From the NCBI GenBank assembly GCA_021208885.1, contig JAJOJF010000036.1, forward strand, positions 13,197 through 77,196: DNA of 64,000 bases, given 5' to 3'. The notes under the pieces are model-generated. The model was not told the origin of the DNA. It did not search any database and saw nothing but the letters and a program-made list of their open reading frames with translations. A program made the translations under genes and the position numbers. This DNA is from Burkholderiaceae bacterium. GTDB lineage: Bacteria > Pseudomonadota > Gammaproteobacteria > Burkholderiales > Burkholderiaceae_B. This document shows positions 31,190 to 41,441 of the stretch, one piece after another (positions within the stretch are counted from its first letter, which is position 1; each line of letters opens with the position of its first letter).

Positions 31190-32220
31190 TTATTCCTCGG
31201 TGGCTGATCGCGCCATCAGGCGATGCACCGCGTGAGCCGGGGCAACGCCGGCAAAAAGGGTGTCGCAAACGGCTTCTGTAATGGGCATGGGCACTCTCAT
31301 AGCTCGAGCGCGGGCCAGAACTGCTTGGGCACAGCGAGCGCCTTCAGCGGTCATGCCGCCGGCCAGGATCTTGTCTAAAGATTCGCCCTGACCAATCCGA
31401 AGCCCGACCTGCCGGTTACGTGACAGTTCACCGGTGGCTGTCAGTACCAGGTCACCAAGGCCAGTCAACCCAGAAAACGTGCCAGGCATCGCACCAAGTA
31501 CGGTACCAAATCGGGTCATCTCCGCCAGGCCCCGGGTGATCAATGCGGCCCTGGCATTGCTGCCAAGTCCGAGCCCATCTGAAATCCCGCAGGCAATCGC
31601 CATCACGTTCTTTAGCGCACCGCCAACTTCAACGCCCATGACATCGGGCGAACTGTAAATACGCATGTGTTCCGAATGAAACACGGATGTGACCAGCTCT
31701 CGCAAAGAATTGCTGCTGCTCGCAACTGTGAGTGCGACCGGCAGCCCTTTGGCAACTTCCTTGGCAAATGAGGGACCTGAGAGGACGCCGGTGGCCAGCT
31801 GAGTTGCCTTCATGGATGACGCGATCAACTCGTGGGGTAGCCTACCTGTTTCAGGTTCTAGCCCTTTGCAAAGCCAAATAACGCCAGCAATTTGGAGGCC
31901 TGTCGCCAGCTTTCGTTCAACTTGGTGGCAGATGTCGGCAGCCCGACCATGGGGGTGCCAAGCACAAGCAGTCCCTGGGCCGGGTTTTGTGCGAGGTGAG
32001 CAAACGCGTCATCGAGCTTGCTGGTGTATTGCAAGGCATGTGGCAGCTCGATGCCAGGCAAGTACTTGGTGTTGATATGCGTTTGGGCCATCGCCGCCAT
32101 GACGATGGTATCCCTGCCCCAAAGCATGACATCGGCATGGCGGCATGCCGCAGCCGCAATTGCTGTTCCCCACGCGCCAGCACCGAGGACGGTGACGGGA
32201 GGGCGCGCAGGTGTTTGCAT
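31190..32220 (-). CDS. gpsA: NAD(P)H-dependent glycerol-3-phosphate dehydrogenase, split by a 1-bp deletion near 31939
   Basis: GAGAWGTA in one frame; [32 protein letters not shown] in the next frame. Confidence 0.92.
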
Positions 32221-32242
32221 AGAAGGTTTTAGCTATTGGCGC

Positions 32243-32773
32243 TTACTGGCGAGTCGCGCCAGGCGGCAAAATGATGCCTGAATCGTTTTCAGCCTTGCCG
32301 TTCGGCAGATTGCCCTCGCCTTGCTCAGCAGCTTGGGCTTGACGTTGTTGATACAGTGCCTGGAAGTTCACGTCAGTCAGGTGCAGCGGCGGCAATGTGG
32401 TGCGTGTGATGGCATCAGCCACGTTGGCGCGCAGGTAGGGGTAGAGCATGGTGGGGCAAACAATCCCAAGCAGGGCGTCGATTTGTTCGGCTGGAATATT
32501 TGCCACTTCAAACACGCCGCCTTGGGTGGCTTCGACCAGATAAACAACTTTGTCTCCGATCTTTGTCGTCACAGTGACTGTCACGGTAGACTCAAACATG
32601 GTCTCGGCCAGGCGCTGAGCGCCAATACCAATGTTGACCTCAACGGCAGGGGCTTGCTGTTCAAGAAAGACGTGTGGCGCACTGGGTACCTCAAGCGAGA
32701 GGTCTTTAAGATAAGCGCGCTGTAGGTTGAATGTAGGGTTGTCGTTGTTTGCCGCAGTGTTCTCGTCAGCCAT
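32243..32773 (-). CDS. secB: Protein export chaperone SecB
   Basis: [30 protein letters not shown]. Confidence 0.96.
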   Translation of the reverse strand: MADENTAANNDNPTFNLQRAYLKDLSLEVPSAPHVFLEQQAPAVEVNIGIGAQRLAETMFESTVTVTVTTKIGDKVVYLVEATQGGVFEVANIPAEQIDALLGIVCPTMLYPYLRANVADAITRTTLPPLHLTDVNFQALYQQRQAQAAEQGEGNLPNGKAENDSGIILPPGATRQ

Positions 32774-32815
32774 AAAAATTCCAATTGTGTTTCGAATCAG
32801 GTTTGGGTGGCGATT

Positions 32816-33078
32816 TCAGTTGCCACCTTCAAGCAGGGGCACGAGGCGCCTGCGCGGTCAAGCGCCGCAAGGTCATCATAACCGCCCACGTGGGTGTCAC
32901 CGATGAAGATCTGCGGCACAGTGCGACGGTTGGTGCGCGACATCATGGCTGCACGTTGCGCAGGATCAGTATCGATACGAATTTTTTCAATGTCGGTTAC
33001 GCCGCGCTGCGCGAGCAGTGCTTCAGCGCGTGTGCAATATGGACAAAACCCTGTGCTGTACATCACGACTTTGTTCAC
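32816..33078 (-). CDS. grxC: Glutaredoxin 3 (1-bp deletion near the C-terminus; restored end GGLVPLLEGGN*)
   Basis: CPYC, RTVPQIFIG, GGYDDL. Confidence 0.93.
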
Positions 33079-33128
33079 GGATTGTCTCCGGTTGGTGTTA
33101 TGTGTTGGTTTGGGGGGATCTTGACGGT

Positions 33129-33544
33129 TTATTTCTTTTTAGTGGAGGTCGGCAGGCCGGCCTGTAGCCATGCATTTATGCCACCTTCGATGACCATGAC
33201 GCGCTCAAGGCCCGCTTTGCGCAGCTTGGCTGCGCGCCCACGGCGATCTGGCCACGATCGCAGGCCACCAGAATCGGCTTGTCTTTCGGTAGTTTGGCGG
33301 CTTTTTCAGAGATTTCAGCCAACGGAATGTTGCGCGAGTGGGGAATATGGCCGTTTTGGAAGCTCGCGAGCGGGCGCACATCGACGATCACGGCATCTTC
33401 GTGATTGATGAGCTGCACGGCCTGTGTGGTGCTCACGCTGCCGCCGGCGCGACCGCGCTGAATAGTGGGCCACAAGAGCATCAGGCCAGAGGAGACCGCG
33501 ATGGCCACTAGCATTAAATTGTCTGTTTGTAAGAAGAAATCCAC
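33129..33544 (-). CDS. Membrane-anchored rhodanese-domain protein (YibN-like), frameshift near 33235
   Basis: N-terminal TM, IVDVR, GHIP; C-terminus AKLRKAG...EGGINAWLQAGLP continues in another frame. Confidence 0.88.
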
Positions 33545-33635
33545 GGTTTTTTCGCTTTGCAGGTTAGACGTCCCGGCAGGACATTGTTGCTGATTATAAA
33601 ATGACTACTCCATGATCCATTAAACACCCAACACC

Positions 33636-34388
33636 ATGTACAAGCTTGTCCTGATGCGCCACGGCGAGAGCCAATGGAATTTAGAGAATCGGTTTACCGG
33701 ATGGACCGATGTTGATTTGACCGAAACTGGCCGCGAGCAGGCTTGGCAAGCCGGCCAACTGCTCAAAGAAAAGGGTTACGGCTTTGATTTGGCCTATACC
33801 TCGGTGCTAAAGCGCGCTATCCGCACGCTGTGGCTTACGCTTGACGCGTTGGATCAAATGTACATCCCGGTGCACAACAACTGGCGCTTAAACGAGCGTC
33901 ATTATGGCAACCTGCAAGGATTGAACAAAGCCGAGACAGCAGCCAAATTTGGGGACGAGCAGGTGCTCATCTGGCGTCGTGCGTACGCGATTGCACCGGA
34001 CCCTCTTGATCTTGAAGATCCGCGTCATCCGCGGTTTGACCCACGTTACGCCAAGCTCACGGCGGAGCAGCTGCCTGCAACCGAATGCCTGAAAGACACC
34101 GTTGACCGGGTCTTGCCCTTTTGGAATGACTCGATTGCACCGGCCATTCGTTCCGGGCGACGGGTGTTGATTTCGGCGCATGGCAACAGTCTGCGCGCAC
34201 TGATCAAGCATTTGGACAATGTTTCAGACGAAGACATCATTGCGCTGAACATTCCAACGGGCCAGCCCCTGGTTTATGAGCTCGACGAGAATTTAATGCC
34301 GATCAAGCACTACTACCTGGCTGATCCGGCCGTCATCGAGGCTGCCATGGCTGCAGTGGCTGCCCAGGGCAAGGCTAAAAAGGACTGA
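33636..34388 (+). CDS. gpmA: 2,3-BPG-dependent phosphoglycerate mutase
   Basis: [22 protein letters not shown]. Confidence 0.97.
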   Translation: MYKLVLMRHGESQWNLENRFTGWTDVDLTETGREQAWQAGQLLKEKGYGFDLAYTSVLKRAIRTLWLTLDALDQMYIPVHNNWRLNERHYGNLQGLNKAETAAKFGDEQVLIWRRAYAIAPDPLDLEDPRHPRFDPRYAKLTAEQLPATECLKDTVDRVLPFWNDSIAPAIRSGRRVLISAHGNSLRALIKHLDNVSDEDIIALNIPTGQPLVYELDENLMPIKHYYLADPAVIEAAMAAVAAQGKAKKD

Positions 34389-34389
34389 G

Positions 34390-35593
34390 ATGGCGCAGCC
34401 AGCGCACATAATCGCGCTGGCGCTGGCCATCATGGCAGCGCCTCTGTTGCCTGTGCATGCCCAGCAGGCCGTTGAATCGCTTCAGGAGCAAAGAGAGGCA
34501 GCCCGGCAAGCCAAGCAGGATCTGCAGTCACGCATTGCGGAAGTTCAAAAGCAGCTCGACAAAAAAAAACGCCGAGTTTCGGCGTGCTTCTGATCAGTTG
34601 CGTGCGTCCGAACTGGCTATTTCTGATGCCACTCGTCGCTTGAAAGACTTGCAAACGGCCATTGCCAGTGGTGAGCAGGCCCTTGACAAACTCGACAATA
34701 AAATTTCTTCGACTCGCCAACAACTTGAACGTGACAGGGCAGCGTTGGCAGAGCAGTTACGGGCTCAACACAGCAGTAATTTGTCGCCATGGAGTGCGCT
34801 ATTGGCTGGCGAGGATCCGCAATCGCTTGGCAGAGAGCTCGGTTACTTGTCATTTGTGGCCGATGCTCGAGCCAAAACGATCGAGCGATTGAACCGGGGC
34901 GTTGCGGAACTTTCGGCCCTACAGGCCGCTCAAAGCCAACAGCAACAACAGCTTGCTACGCAACATCAGGAGGTTCAGGCTGAGCAGGCGGTTCTTAGGC
35001 GCGAACGCCAGGCGAGGGCTGATTTACTGGCCAAAATTGAAGGATCTATCGCTGCCGAACGAGCCGAGCGTGACAAACTGGCACAAGATGAGAAACAGTT
35101 GGGCGAGCTGATCGAAGGGTTAGGCCAGCAGATTGCCAAGTTCGAAGCTGATGCTCAGCATGCCAGGGCAATTCGGCAAGAGATATTGGAGTCCTTGCCT
35201 GAGGGCGAGGGATTAAAGCGCGGGATTCCCATGCCCTTAAAGGGGTCAGTCCTGGCACGATATGGCAGCAGCAGGCCGGACGGTGGCGACTGGCGCGGCG
35301 TGATTATCGGAGCCAAGCCTGGGACGCCTGTCAAGGCAGTAGCAGCCGGTACGGTGGTTTATGCGACGTGGTTGCGTGGTTTCGGGAACTTGATTATTGT
35401 GGATCACGCTGACGAGTTTTTAACGGTGTATGCCTACAACCAGAGCTTGCTCAAGGAGGTAGGTGACAAGGTCAAAGCCGGTGACGTGATTGCCAATGCA
35501 GGTAATACAGGGGGACAGCTGGATTCAGCCCTATACTTTGAAATCAGGCACCGGGGTAAGCCGCTCGATCCCATGCTGTATTTCCAGCGCTGA
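34390..35593 (+). CDS. envC: EnvC-like murein hydrolase activator (coiled coil + M23 domain), +1 frameshift in A9 run at 34561-34569
   Basis: Signal peptide and coiled coil in ORF 34390; continuation with LRGFGNLIIVDH, LYFEIR; located between gpmA and ctpA. Confidence 0.85.
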
Positions 35594-35644
35594 CCGTTTG
35601 GCTTCGTTTTTTGATAGTCGGCCTTACAAAAACAGGACAAAGAC

Positions 35645-37051
35645 ATGAGCAGTCGCAAATTACGCACAATTGGCTTGTTATGCACCGGCTTGGTGGCGGG
35701 GTTGCTATTGAGTGTTGGAATAACAGCCGTGGCCCAGCGAGCGAGCGCCCCTTTGCCACTTGATGAACTGCGTCAGTTTTCTAATGTGTTTGCGGCAATC
35801 AAGAATAATTATGTCGAAGAGGTGCCGGACGACAAACTGATTAGTGGTGCCATCTCAGGCATGTTGACCGATCTTGATCCTCACTCGGCATATCTTGATG
35901 CTGAGGCTTTTAAGGAAATGCGCACTTCGACACAAGGCCAGTTTGGTGGCTTGGGCATTGAAATTGGTTCGGAAGACGGTTTTGTCAAGGTGATTGCGCC
36001 GATTGAGGATACCCCGGCTGAGCGTGCCGGGATGCAGGCTGGCGATCTCATCATCAAAGTCGATGACACGTCAACCAAGGGCATGAGCTTGACCGATGCA
36101 GTGAAACTGATGCGCGGACCAGTCAAAACGCCCGTGACCTTGACAGTCGTGCGCCAAGGGCAGGACAAACCTATTGTGGTTAACCTGATGCGCGACACGA
36201 TCAAAGTGCGTAGCGTGCGCAGCAAGACGGTTGATGATGATATTGGTTACGTCCGTATTTCTCAGTTTCAGGAGCGCACAGGCAGCGATTTGGCCAAGCA
36301 TCTGGATCAGCTTGACGACAATGGCGTGCCCAAGGCCTTGATTCTGGATTTGCGCAACGATCCGGGAGGGTTGTTGACAGGTGCCATTGGTGTGTCGGCG
36401 GCGTTTTTGCCGGCTGACAAGCTCGTGGTGTCGACCGATGGTCGTGCACCCGATTCGCGCCGCAAATACCTCGCTAATCCGGTTGACTACGCTCGCGGTG
36501 AGAGTGATTATCTTGCCGGGCTGCCCGATTGGGTCAAGACCGTGCCAATGGTGGTTTTAGTCAATGCCGGCTCAGCCTCGGCATCAGAAATCGTGGCGGG
36601 TGCATTGCAGGATTACGACCGGGCCACCATCATGGGCAACCAAACGTTTGGCAAAGGCAGCGTGCAGGTGATTCTGCCAATATCACATGAGACAGCGATC
36701 AAACTGACGACATCGCGTTACTACACGCCTAATGGGCGCTCCATTCAGGCTGAAGGCATTGAGCCTGACATTATTGTGACCGATACGGCGGTTGGCAACT
36801 TGTTCTCGGTCATGCGCGAGGCTGACTTGAACAAGCACTTAGAAAACGGTCGGGCCAATAACCGCAAGCAAGAGCAGTCGGAGTCGCAAACCCCGGCAAG
36901 CAACGACGTAGACGCCAACAAAGAGCAGCCTAAACCATTCCGGTTCGGGGAAGAGGGCGACTTTCAGCTGCAGCAAGCGATTAACTTCCTACGTGGTAAG
37001 CCGGTTGACAACGGTCCCATCGACAATGTGAAGACGGCTCAGCAGAAGTAG
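35645..37051 (+). CDS. ctpA: Carboxy-terminal processing protease (S41, PDZ)
   Basis: LDPHS, GGLGIEI, DLRNDPGG, SASASEI, FGKGSVQ. Confidence 0.93.
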   Translation: MSSRKLRTIGLLCTGLVAGLLLSVGITAVAQRASAPLPLDELRQFSNVFAAIKNNYVEEVPDDKLISGAISGMLTDLDPHSAYLDAEAFKEMRTSTQGQFGGLGIEIGSEDGFVKVIAPIEDTPAERAGMQAGDLIIKVDDTSTKGMSLTDAVKLMRGPVKTPVTLTVVRQGQDKPIVVNLMRDTIKVRSVRSKTVDDDIGYVRISQFQERTGSDLAKHLDQLDDNGVPKALILDLRNDPGGLLTGAIGVSAAFLPADKLVVSTDGRAPDSRRKYLANPVDYARGESDYLAGLPDWVKTVPMVVLVNAGSASASEIVAGALQDYDRATIMGNQTFGKGSVQVILPISHETAIKLTTSRYYTPNGRSIQAEGIEPDIIVTDTAVGNLFSVMREADLNKHLENGRANNRKQEQSESQTPASNDVDANKEQPKPFRFGEEGDFQLQQAINFLRGKPVDNGPIDNVKTAQQK

Positions 37052-37067
37052 CTGGAAACGCTAGAAG

Positions 37068-37835
37068 ATGCGCGATGACGAGCTGCTTCGCTATGGGCGG
37101 CACATCCTGCTAGACGACATTGGCATTGAGGGCCAACAAGCCTTGCTCGCAAGCAAGGTGTTGGTCATTGGCGCTGGTGGGTTGGGTTCACCCGTATGCC
37201 TTTATCTGGCCTCTGCTGGGGTTGGTGAGATTCGGGTTGCGGATGACGATACGGTTGAGCTAAGCAACCTGCAGCGCCAGATCATGCATAGCAACGATAG
37301 ATTGGGCAGTCTTAAAGTTAACTCTGCCCAACATGCAATTGCTCAACTTAATCCCGACACCCGGGTTGTGCCATTGCCAGTGCGACTAGACGGTGACGCT
37401 TTGCTTGAACAGATTAGTGCTGTTGATCTGGTCCTTGACTGTTGCGACAACTTTCAGACTCGTCATGCCGTAAACCGTGCTTGTGTTCAAGCGGGCAAGC
37501 CATTGGTATCCGGTGCTGCTATCCGCTTTGAGGGACAGGTTTGTGTTTACGACACACGAGACCCTGCTAGTCCTTGTTATCACTGTTTGTTTCCCGAAGC
37601 AGAAGATGTCACGCCGGTTAATTGTGCCACCATGGGCGTGTTTGCACCTTTGGTTGGGATTATTGGTAGCCTGCAGGCTGCTGAAGCGATCAAGTTGCTG
37701 GCTAGCATCGGCAAGCCGCTAAAAGGCCGCTTAGTAATGTTTGATGCGCGCCTGACTCATTGGCATGAGGTCCGAGTGCCGCGTGACCCGAATTGTCCAG
37801 TGTGTGGTGTGCGCGGTTCATGTGCCCGCGGTTAG
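37068..37835 (+). CDS. MoeB/ThiF family adenylyltransferase
   Basis: RYGRHI, GAGGLG, SNLQRQ, CYHC, CPVC. Confidence 0.93.
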   Translation: MRDDELLRYGRHILLDDIGIEGQQALLASKVLVIGAGGLGSPVCLYLASAGVGEIRVADDDTVELSNLQRQIMHSNDRLGSLKVNSAQHAIAQLNPDTRVVPLPVRLDGDALLEQISAVDLVLDCCDNFQTRHAVNRACVQAGKPLVSGAAIRFEGQVCVYDTRDPASPCYHCLFPEAEDVTPVNCATMGVFAPLVGIIGSLQAAEAIKLLASIGKPLKGRLVMFDARLTHWHEVRVPRDPNCPVCGVRGSCARG

Positions 37836-38578
37836 CGTGCACGCAAAGGACGCTTCCTTAAAAGCAGGTCGCTGACGTTGTTCACCCTCAAGTCCACGTA
37901 GTGCGGTCTTCCACGGCGCTGGTGAGCAAACGGTGTGGCCGGATGAAAGACGTGTACGGTGCGAAGCCCCGCCCTGCGAGCACCACGAAGGTTCGACAGG
38001 GTGTCTTCAACGAGCACGGCACGATGAGGTGAAATACCCTCACAGGCCAGAATGTGGCGCAAGATGGCACTGGATGGTTTTGGTTTGTACTGGCCGTGCA
38101 GCTTCATGTGCTCGATAGACCAGAGGCTGTGAAAGTGCCGCAAAATCCCCAGATGTTTGAGCACGGCGCGCGCATAGTGCAAGGGAGCATTGGTGACCAG
38201 TACTTTGCGCCCAGGCAAGCGACCAAGCTTGTGGTGCAAGCCGCGCTCGGCCTTCACGAGCGGTCTGACATCGAAATCATGGCTGCGCCAAAGAAACTCG
38301 TGGGCATCAACGCCGTGGTGTTTAACGAGCCCAATCATGGTGGCGCCATAGCGTTTCCAATATTTTGCGCGCAGATGATGGGCTTCTTGCTCTTGAACGT
38401 TCAGGCAAGTCATGACCGCGCGAGTCATGCCCTCACTGATATACGGAAAAATCTTGTGTGAAGTGTCATGCAGGGTATTGTCAAGGTCAAATAGCCATAT
38501 TTGACGTTCGTTACCTGCAAACTCGCTATGGACCCGAGCACGTTTGGCTTTGACTGCGGGCGTCGATAGCGTGCGCAT
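37832..38578 (-). CDS. HAD-family pyrimidine 5'-nucleotidase
   Basis: FDLDNTL, YGATMIGL, TNA, KP, VEDTLSNL; follows argB. Confidence 0.9.
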   Translation of the reverse strand: MRTLSTPAVKAKRARVHSEFAGNERQIWLFDLDNTLHDTSHKIFPYISEGMTRAVMTCLNVQEQEAHHLRAKYWKRYGATMIGLVKHHGVDAHEFLWRSHDFDVRPLVKAERGLHHKLGRLPGRKVLVTNAPLHYARAVLKHLGILRHFHSLWSIEHMKLHGQYKPKPSSAILRHILACEGISPHRAVLVEDTLSNLRGARRAGLRTVHVFHPATPFAHQRRGRPHYVDLRVNNVSDLLLRKRPLRAR

Positions 38579-38588
38579 ATAGGTTGAT

Positions 38589-39485
38589 CTAGCGCGAGGA
38601 AATCATCGTGCCAACGCCTTTGTCGGTTAGTACTTCGAGCAACAGGCAATGTGGCACGCGACCATCGACAACGTGCACAGAACGTACGCCATTTCTTGCG
38701 GCATCGAGCGCTGACCCGATCTTTGGCAGCATGCCGCCTGAGATCGTGCCATCGGCAAACATGGCGTCGATGGTGCGAGCTGACAACTCCCGCAGCAGGT
38801 TGCCGTTTTTGTCGAGCACACCGGGTGTGTTGGTCATCATGAGGAGCTTCTCGGCACTTAAAACCTCCGCCATTTTGCCCGCCACAACATCGGCATTAAT
38901 GTTGTAAGCCATGCCGTCTTCACCAAATCCAATCGGTGAAATCACGGGGATGAACTGGTCATCCTGCAGCGCTTTAACGACAGAAGGGTCTACTTTGGTA
39001 ATGTCGCCCACAAAGCCGATATCGAGCGGCGTGTTGGGGTCTTCCTTGTTAGGCATGAGCTTTTTCTTGGCGCGAATCAAGCCACCATCCTTGCCGGTCA
39101 AGCCCACTGCTTTGCCGCCCGCTTCATTAATCATCATGACAATGTCTTGCTGCACTTGACCGCCGAGCACCCATTCCACCACTTCCATGGTTTCGTTGTC
39201 CGTCACGCGCATGCCTTGAATAAATGCCCCTTTCTTGCCGACACGGTTAAGTGCTTCATCAATTTGGGGACCACCGCCATGCACGACCACTGGGTTTAAG
39301 CCAATGAGCTTAAGCAACACCACATCATGCGCAAAACTGCGCTGCAGGCGCTCTTCAGTCATGGCGTTGCCACCGTATTTGATCACAATGGTTTTGCCGT
39401 GAAATTGCCGAATATAGGGTAACGATTCAGACAAGACCCGGGCAATGATGGCGGGTTCTAGAGCAGTGGCAGTAGGGTCGGTCAT
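38589..39485 (-). CDS. argB: Acetylglutamate kinase
   Basis: [35 protein letters not shown]. Confidence 0.97.
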   Translation of the reverse strand: MTDPTATALEPAIIARVLSESLPYIRQFHGKTIVIKYGGNAMTEERLQRSFAHDVVLLKLIGLNPVVVHGGGPQIDEALNRVGKKGAFIQGMRVTDNETMEVVEWVLGGQVQQDIVMMINEAGGKAVGLTGKDGGLIRAKKKLMPNKEDPNTPLDIGFVGDITKVDPSVVKALQDDQFIPVISPIGFGEDGMAYNINADVVAGKMAEVLSAEKLLMMTNTPGVLDKNGNLLRELSARTIDAMFADGTISGGMLPKIGSALDAARNGVRSVHVVDGRVPHCLLLEVLTDKGVGTMISSR

Positions 39486-39530
39486 GGCGTTAGAGTTGCT
39501 GTTAGATGTTTATTGAATGACAGAACTTTA

Positions 39531-40022
39531 TCAGCTCGCGAGCGCCGACTCGATGGTTTTTTTCATGTCCTGCTTGTCGTAGTTGCCCAGATAGCGCTTC
39601 AGAATCTTGCCCTCGCGGTCAATAATGAACGCAATAGGCGTGAGCTTGACGTCACCAAACCCCTTGGCAACTGACCCGTCGGTATCAGTCGCTACCGTAA
39701 ATGGCAATTCGCGGCTGACTGTAAATTGTCTGACGAACTCGATCGGATCATATTCCATCGCCACGGCAATCACCTCAAGGCCTTGTGGGTGGTACGTTTC
39801 GTAATAGCTCTCGGTGTCCGGCATTTGTTGCACGCAGGTCACGCAGCTTGTCGCCCAGAACTTGACGAGCACGGCTTTGCCTTTGAGAGAATCCATGCTG
39901 ATTGTTTCGCCCTCAAGTGTCTGGAAAGTCACGGCAGGCGCATCAGGCTTGGGAGTGAAGACAAACCAGGCACCGGCACCAATCAGTGCAGCGATAGCGA
40001 TGGTAGTGATGATTTTGCGCAT
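39531..40022 (-). CDS. TlpA-family thiol-disulfide reductase
   Basis: N-terminal anchor, FWATSCVTC. Confidence 0.92.
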   Translation of the reverse strand: MRKIITTIAIAALIGAGAWFVFTPKPDAPAVTFQTLEGETISMDSLKGKAVLVKFWATSCVTCVQQMPDTESYYETYHPQGLEVIAVAMEYDPIEFVRQFTVSRELPFTVATDTDGSVAKGFGDVKLTPIAFIIDREGKILKRYLGNYDKQDMKKTIESALAS

Positions 40023-40056
40023 GTCATTACCTCACAACGGCAATTCAGGTTACAGA

Positions 40057-40821
40057 TTAGAGCGGTCTGGCTTGTGGTGTGGATGGGGCTTGGATGGGCT
40101 CGACAGTTGGCGCTCCTGCGGCCGGAGCAGTTGTCGATGAGCCAGTGCCACCACCAGTTGGTGTTGGATTGCTCGAGGGCAATCCGGGTTCACGCCGCTG
40201 AGAAGCGGCAAACGCGGCTGCTTGCTCCGGCGTCATGATGTCAAAGAGGGTAAAGACTTGTTTGACACCACTGACGCTAGCAACGACCTCCGCGATTTTG
40301 TCGGCTTCAGCTTGTGTGACTAGGCCTTGCAAATACACATCACCGCGCTCGACCGTAACCACAATGGCGCCGTAGGGTACGTCTTTGGCAGTGAGCAGGG
40401 TGGTTTTGACCTTCGAAGATAGCCAAGTATCTGAAGTGACTTGGCTAAACGATGCGAGTGGTCCAGTGTAGAGCCGGTTGATGACTGACTTGACCTGAGG
40501 CACGTTCATGGCAATAGCAGCGGCTTCACCACGGATTTTTTCACTAAAGGCGTCACCGGTCAGCAAGACGACACCGTCGTATGATGAGGCATTGATTCGG
40601 GCAGTTTGGCCGAATTTGACGCGCATTTCGCTGTCAACTTTAAGATTGATCTCCTTATCACTGACTTGCTGGCCGACGGTGCGACGATCAGTAGCCACGA
40701 GTGCTGTGGTCGCAGCCGCTCCTCCGATGAGCACTGGTGCACAGCCAGCCAGAGTGCCGGAAGCGCCTAGGACGGCTGCCATTGCCAACAGCTTGGCTCG
40801 AGTCGAAAATGAATGCATCAT
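40057..40821 (-). CDS. Dual-BON-domain lipoprotein (DolP/YraP-like)
   Basis: Lipobox LAGC, DRRTVGQQ, DTWLSSKVK, VYLQGLV; low-complexity tail. Confidence 0.9.
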   Translation of the reverse strand: MMHSFSTRAKLLAMAAVLGASGTLAGCAPVLIGGAAATTALVATDRRTVGQQVSDKEINLKVDSEMRVKFGQTARINASSYDGVVLLTGDAFSEKIRGEAAAIAMNVPQVKSVINRLYTGPLASFSQVTSDTWLSSKVKTTLLTAKDVPYGAIVVTVERGDVYLQGLVTQAEADKIAEVVASVSGVKQVFTLFDIMTPEQAAAFAASQRREPGLPSSNPTPTGGGTGSSTTAPAAGAPTVEPIQAPSTPQARPL

Positions 40822-41411
40822 TTGGCTTCTCCCAGTAGGTGGACATCAATGCCCTCACAGATCAGGTGCAGCATCAAGATATGCATTTCCTGAATGCGCA
40901 TGGTGCGTTGATCTGGCACACATAAGAGAATGTCCTGTCCGGACAAGGCTTGCGCCATCTTGCCACCATCACGACCAGTGAGCGCAATTACGTGTAGTCC
41001 ACTGACGTGCGCTTGCTCCATGGCCCGCAAAACATTGGGTGAATTGCCGCTTGTGGATATGCCAATCAGTACGTCACCCGGCTGTCCGAGTGCCGCAACC
41101 TGACGAGAAAACACTTGGTCAAACCCGTAGTCATTGCCTACGGCAGTCAGGATGGATGTGTCAGTCGACAATGCAACAGCCGCCAAGGGCTGGCGCTCGC
41201 GCTCAAACCTGCCAACCAACTCGGCCACAAAATGCTGGGCATCGGACGCCGACCCGCCATTGCCGCAGACCAGAATTCGCCGACGCTGAGTCACCGCTGT
41301 GTGACACAGGTGTATGGCTTTTTCCAGATCGGGCAATATCTTGGCCACGGTCCGTTCGGTTGTGCGCAGGTGATCGTCGAAGTGTTGCTTCAGATGCTCA
41401 GTTAGTTGCAT
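40818..41411 (-). CDS. SIS-domain phosphoheptose isomerase (GmhA/DiaA family)
   Basis: CGNGGSASDAQHF, NDYG, STSGNS, RIQEMH. Confidence 0.92.
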   Translation of the reverse strand: MQLTEHLKQHFDDHLRTTERTVAKILPDLEKAIHLCHTAVTQRRRILVCGNGGSASDAQHFVAELVGRFERERQPLAAVALSTDTSILTAVGNDYGFDQVFSRQVAALGQPGDVLIGISTSGNSPNVLRAMEQAHVSGLHVIALTGRDGGKMAQALSGQDILLCVPDQRTMRIQEMHILMLHLICEGIDVHLLGEAK

Positions 41412-41441
41412 GGTAGCGTCGGGCTTAAGTGAATATTGCTA

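Noticed and set aside
32785-33408. 207-aa plus-strand ORF over grxC/rhodanese
   Set aside because: Antisense shadow of real genes
31190-33544. gpsA, grxC and rhodanese as true pseudogenes or programmed frameshifts
   Set aside because: One indel each, motifs intact, no slippery heptamers; sequencing error is more parsimonious
39971-39981. CACCGGCACCA matching the tRNA-Thr 3' end (possible attR)
   Set aside because: Short, inside the TlpA coding sequence, and no integrase in the window
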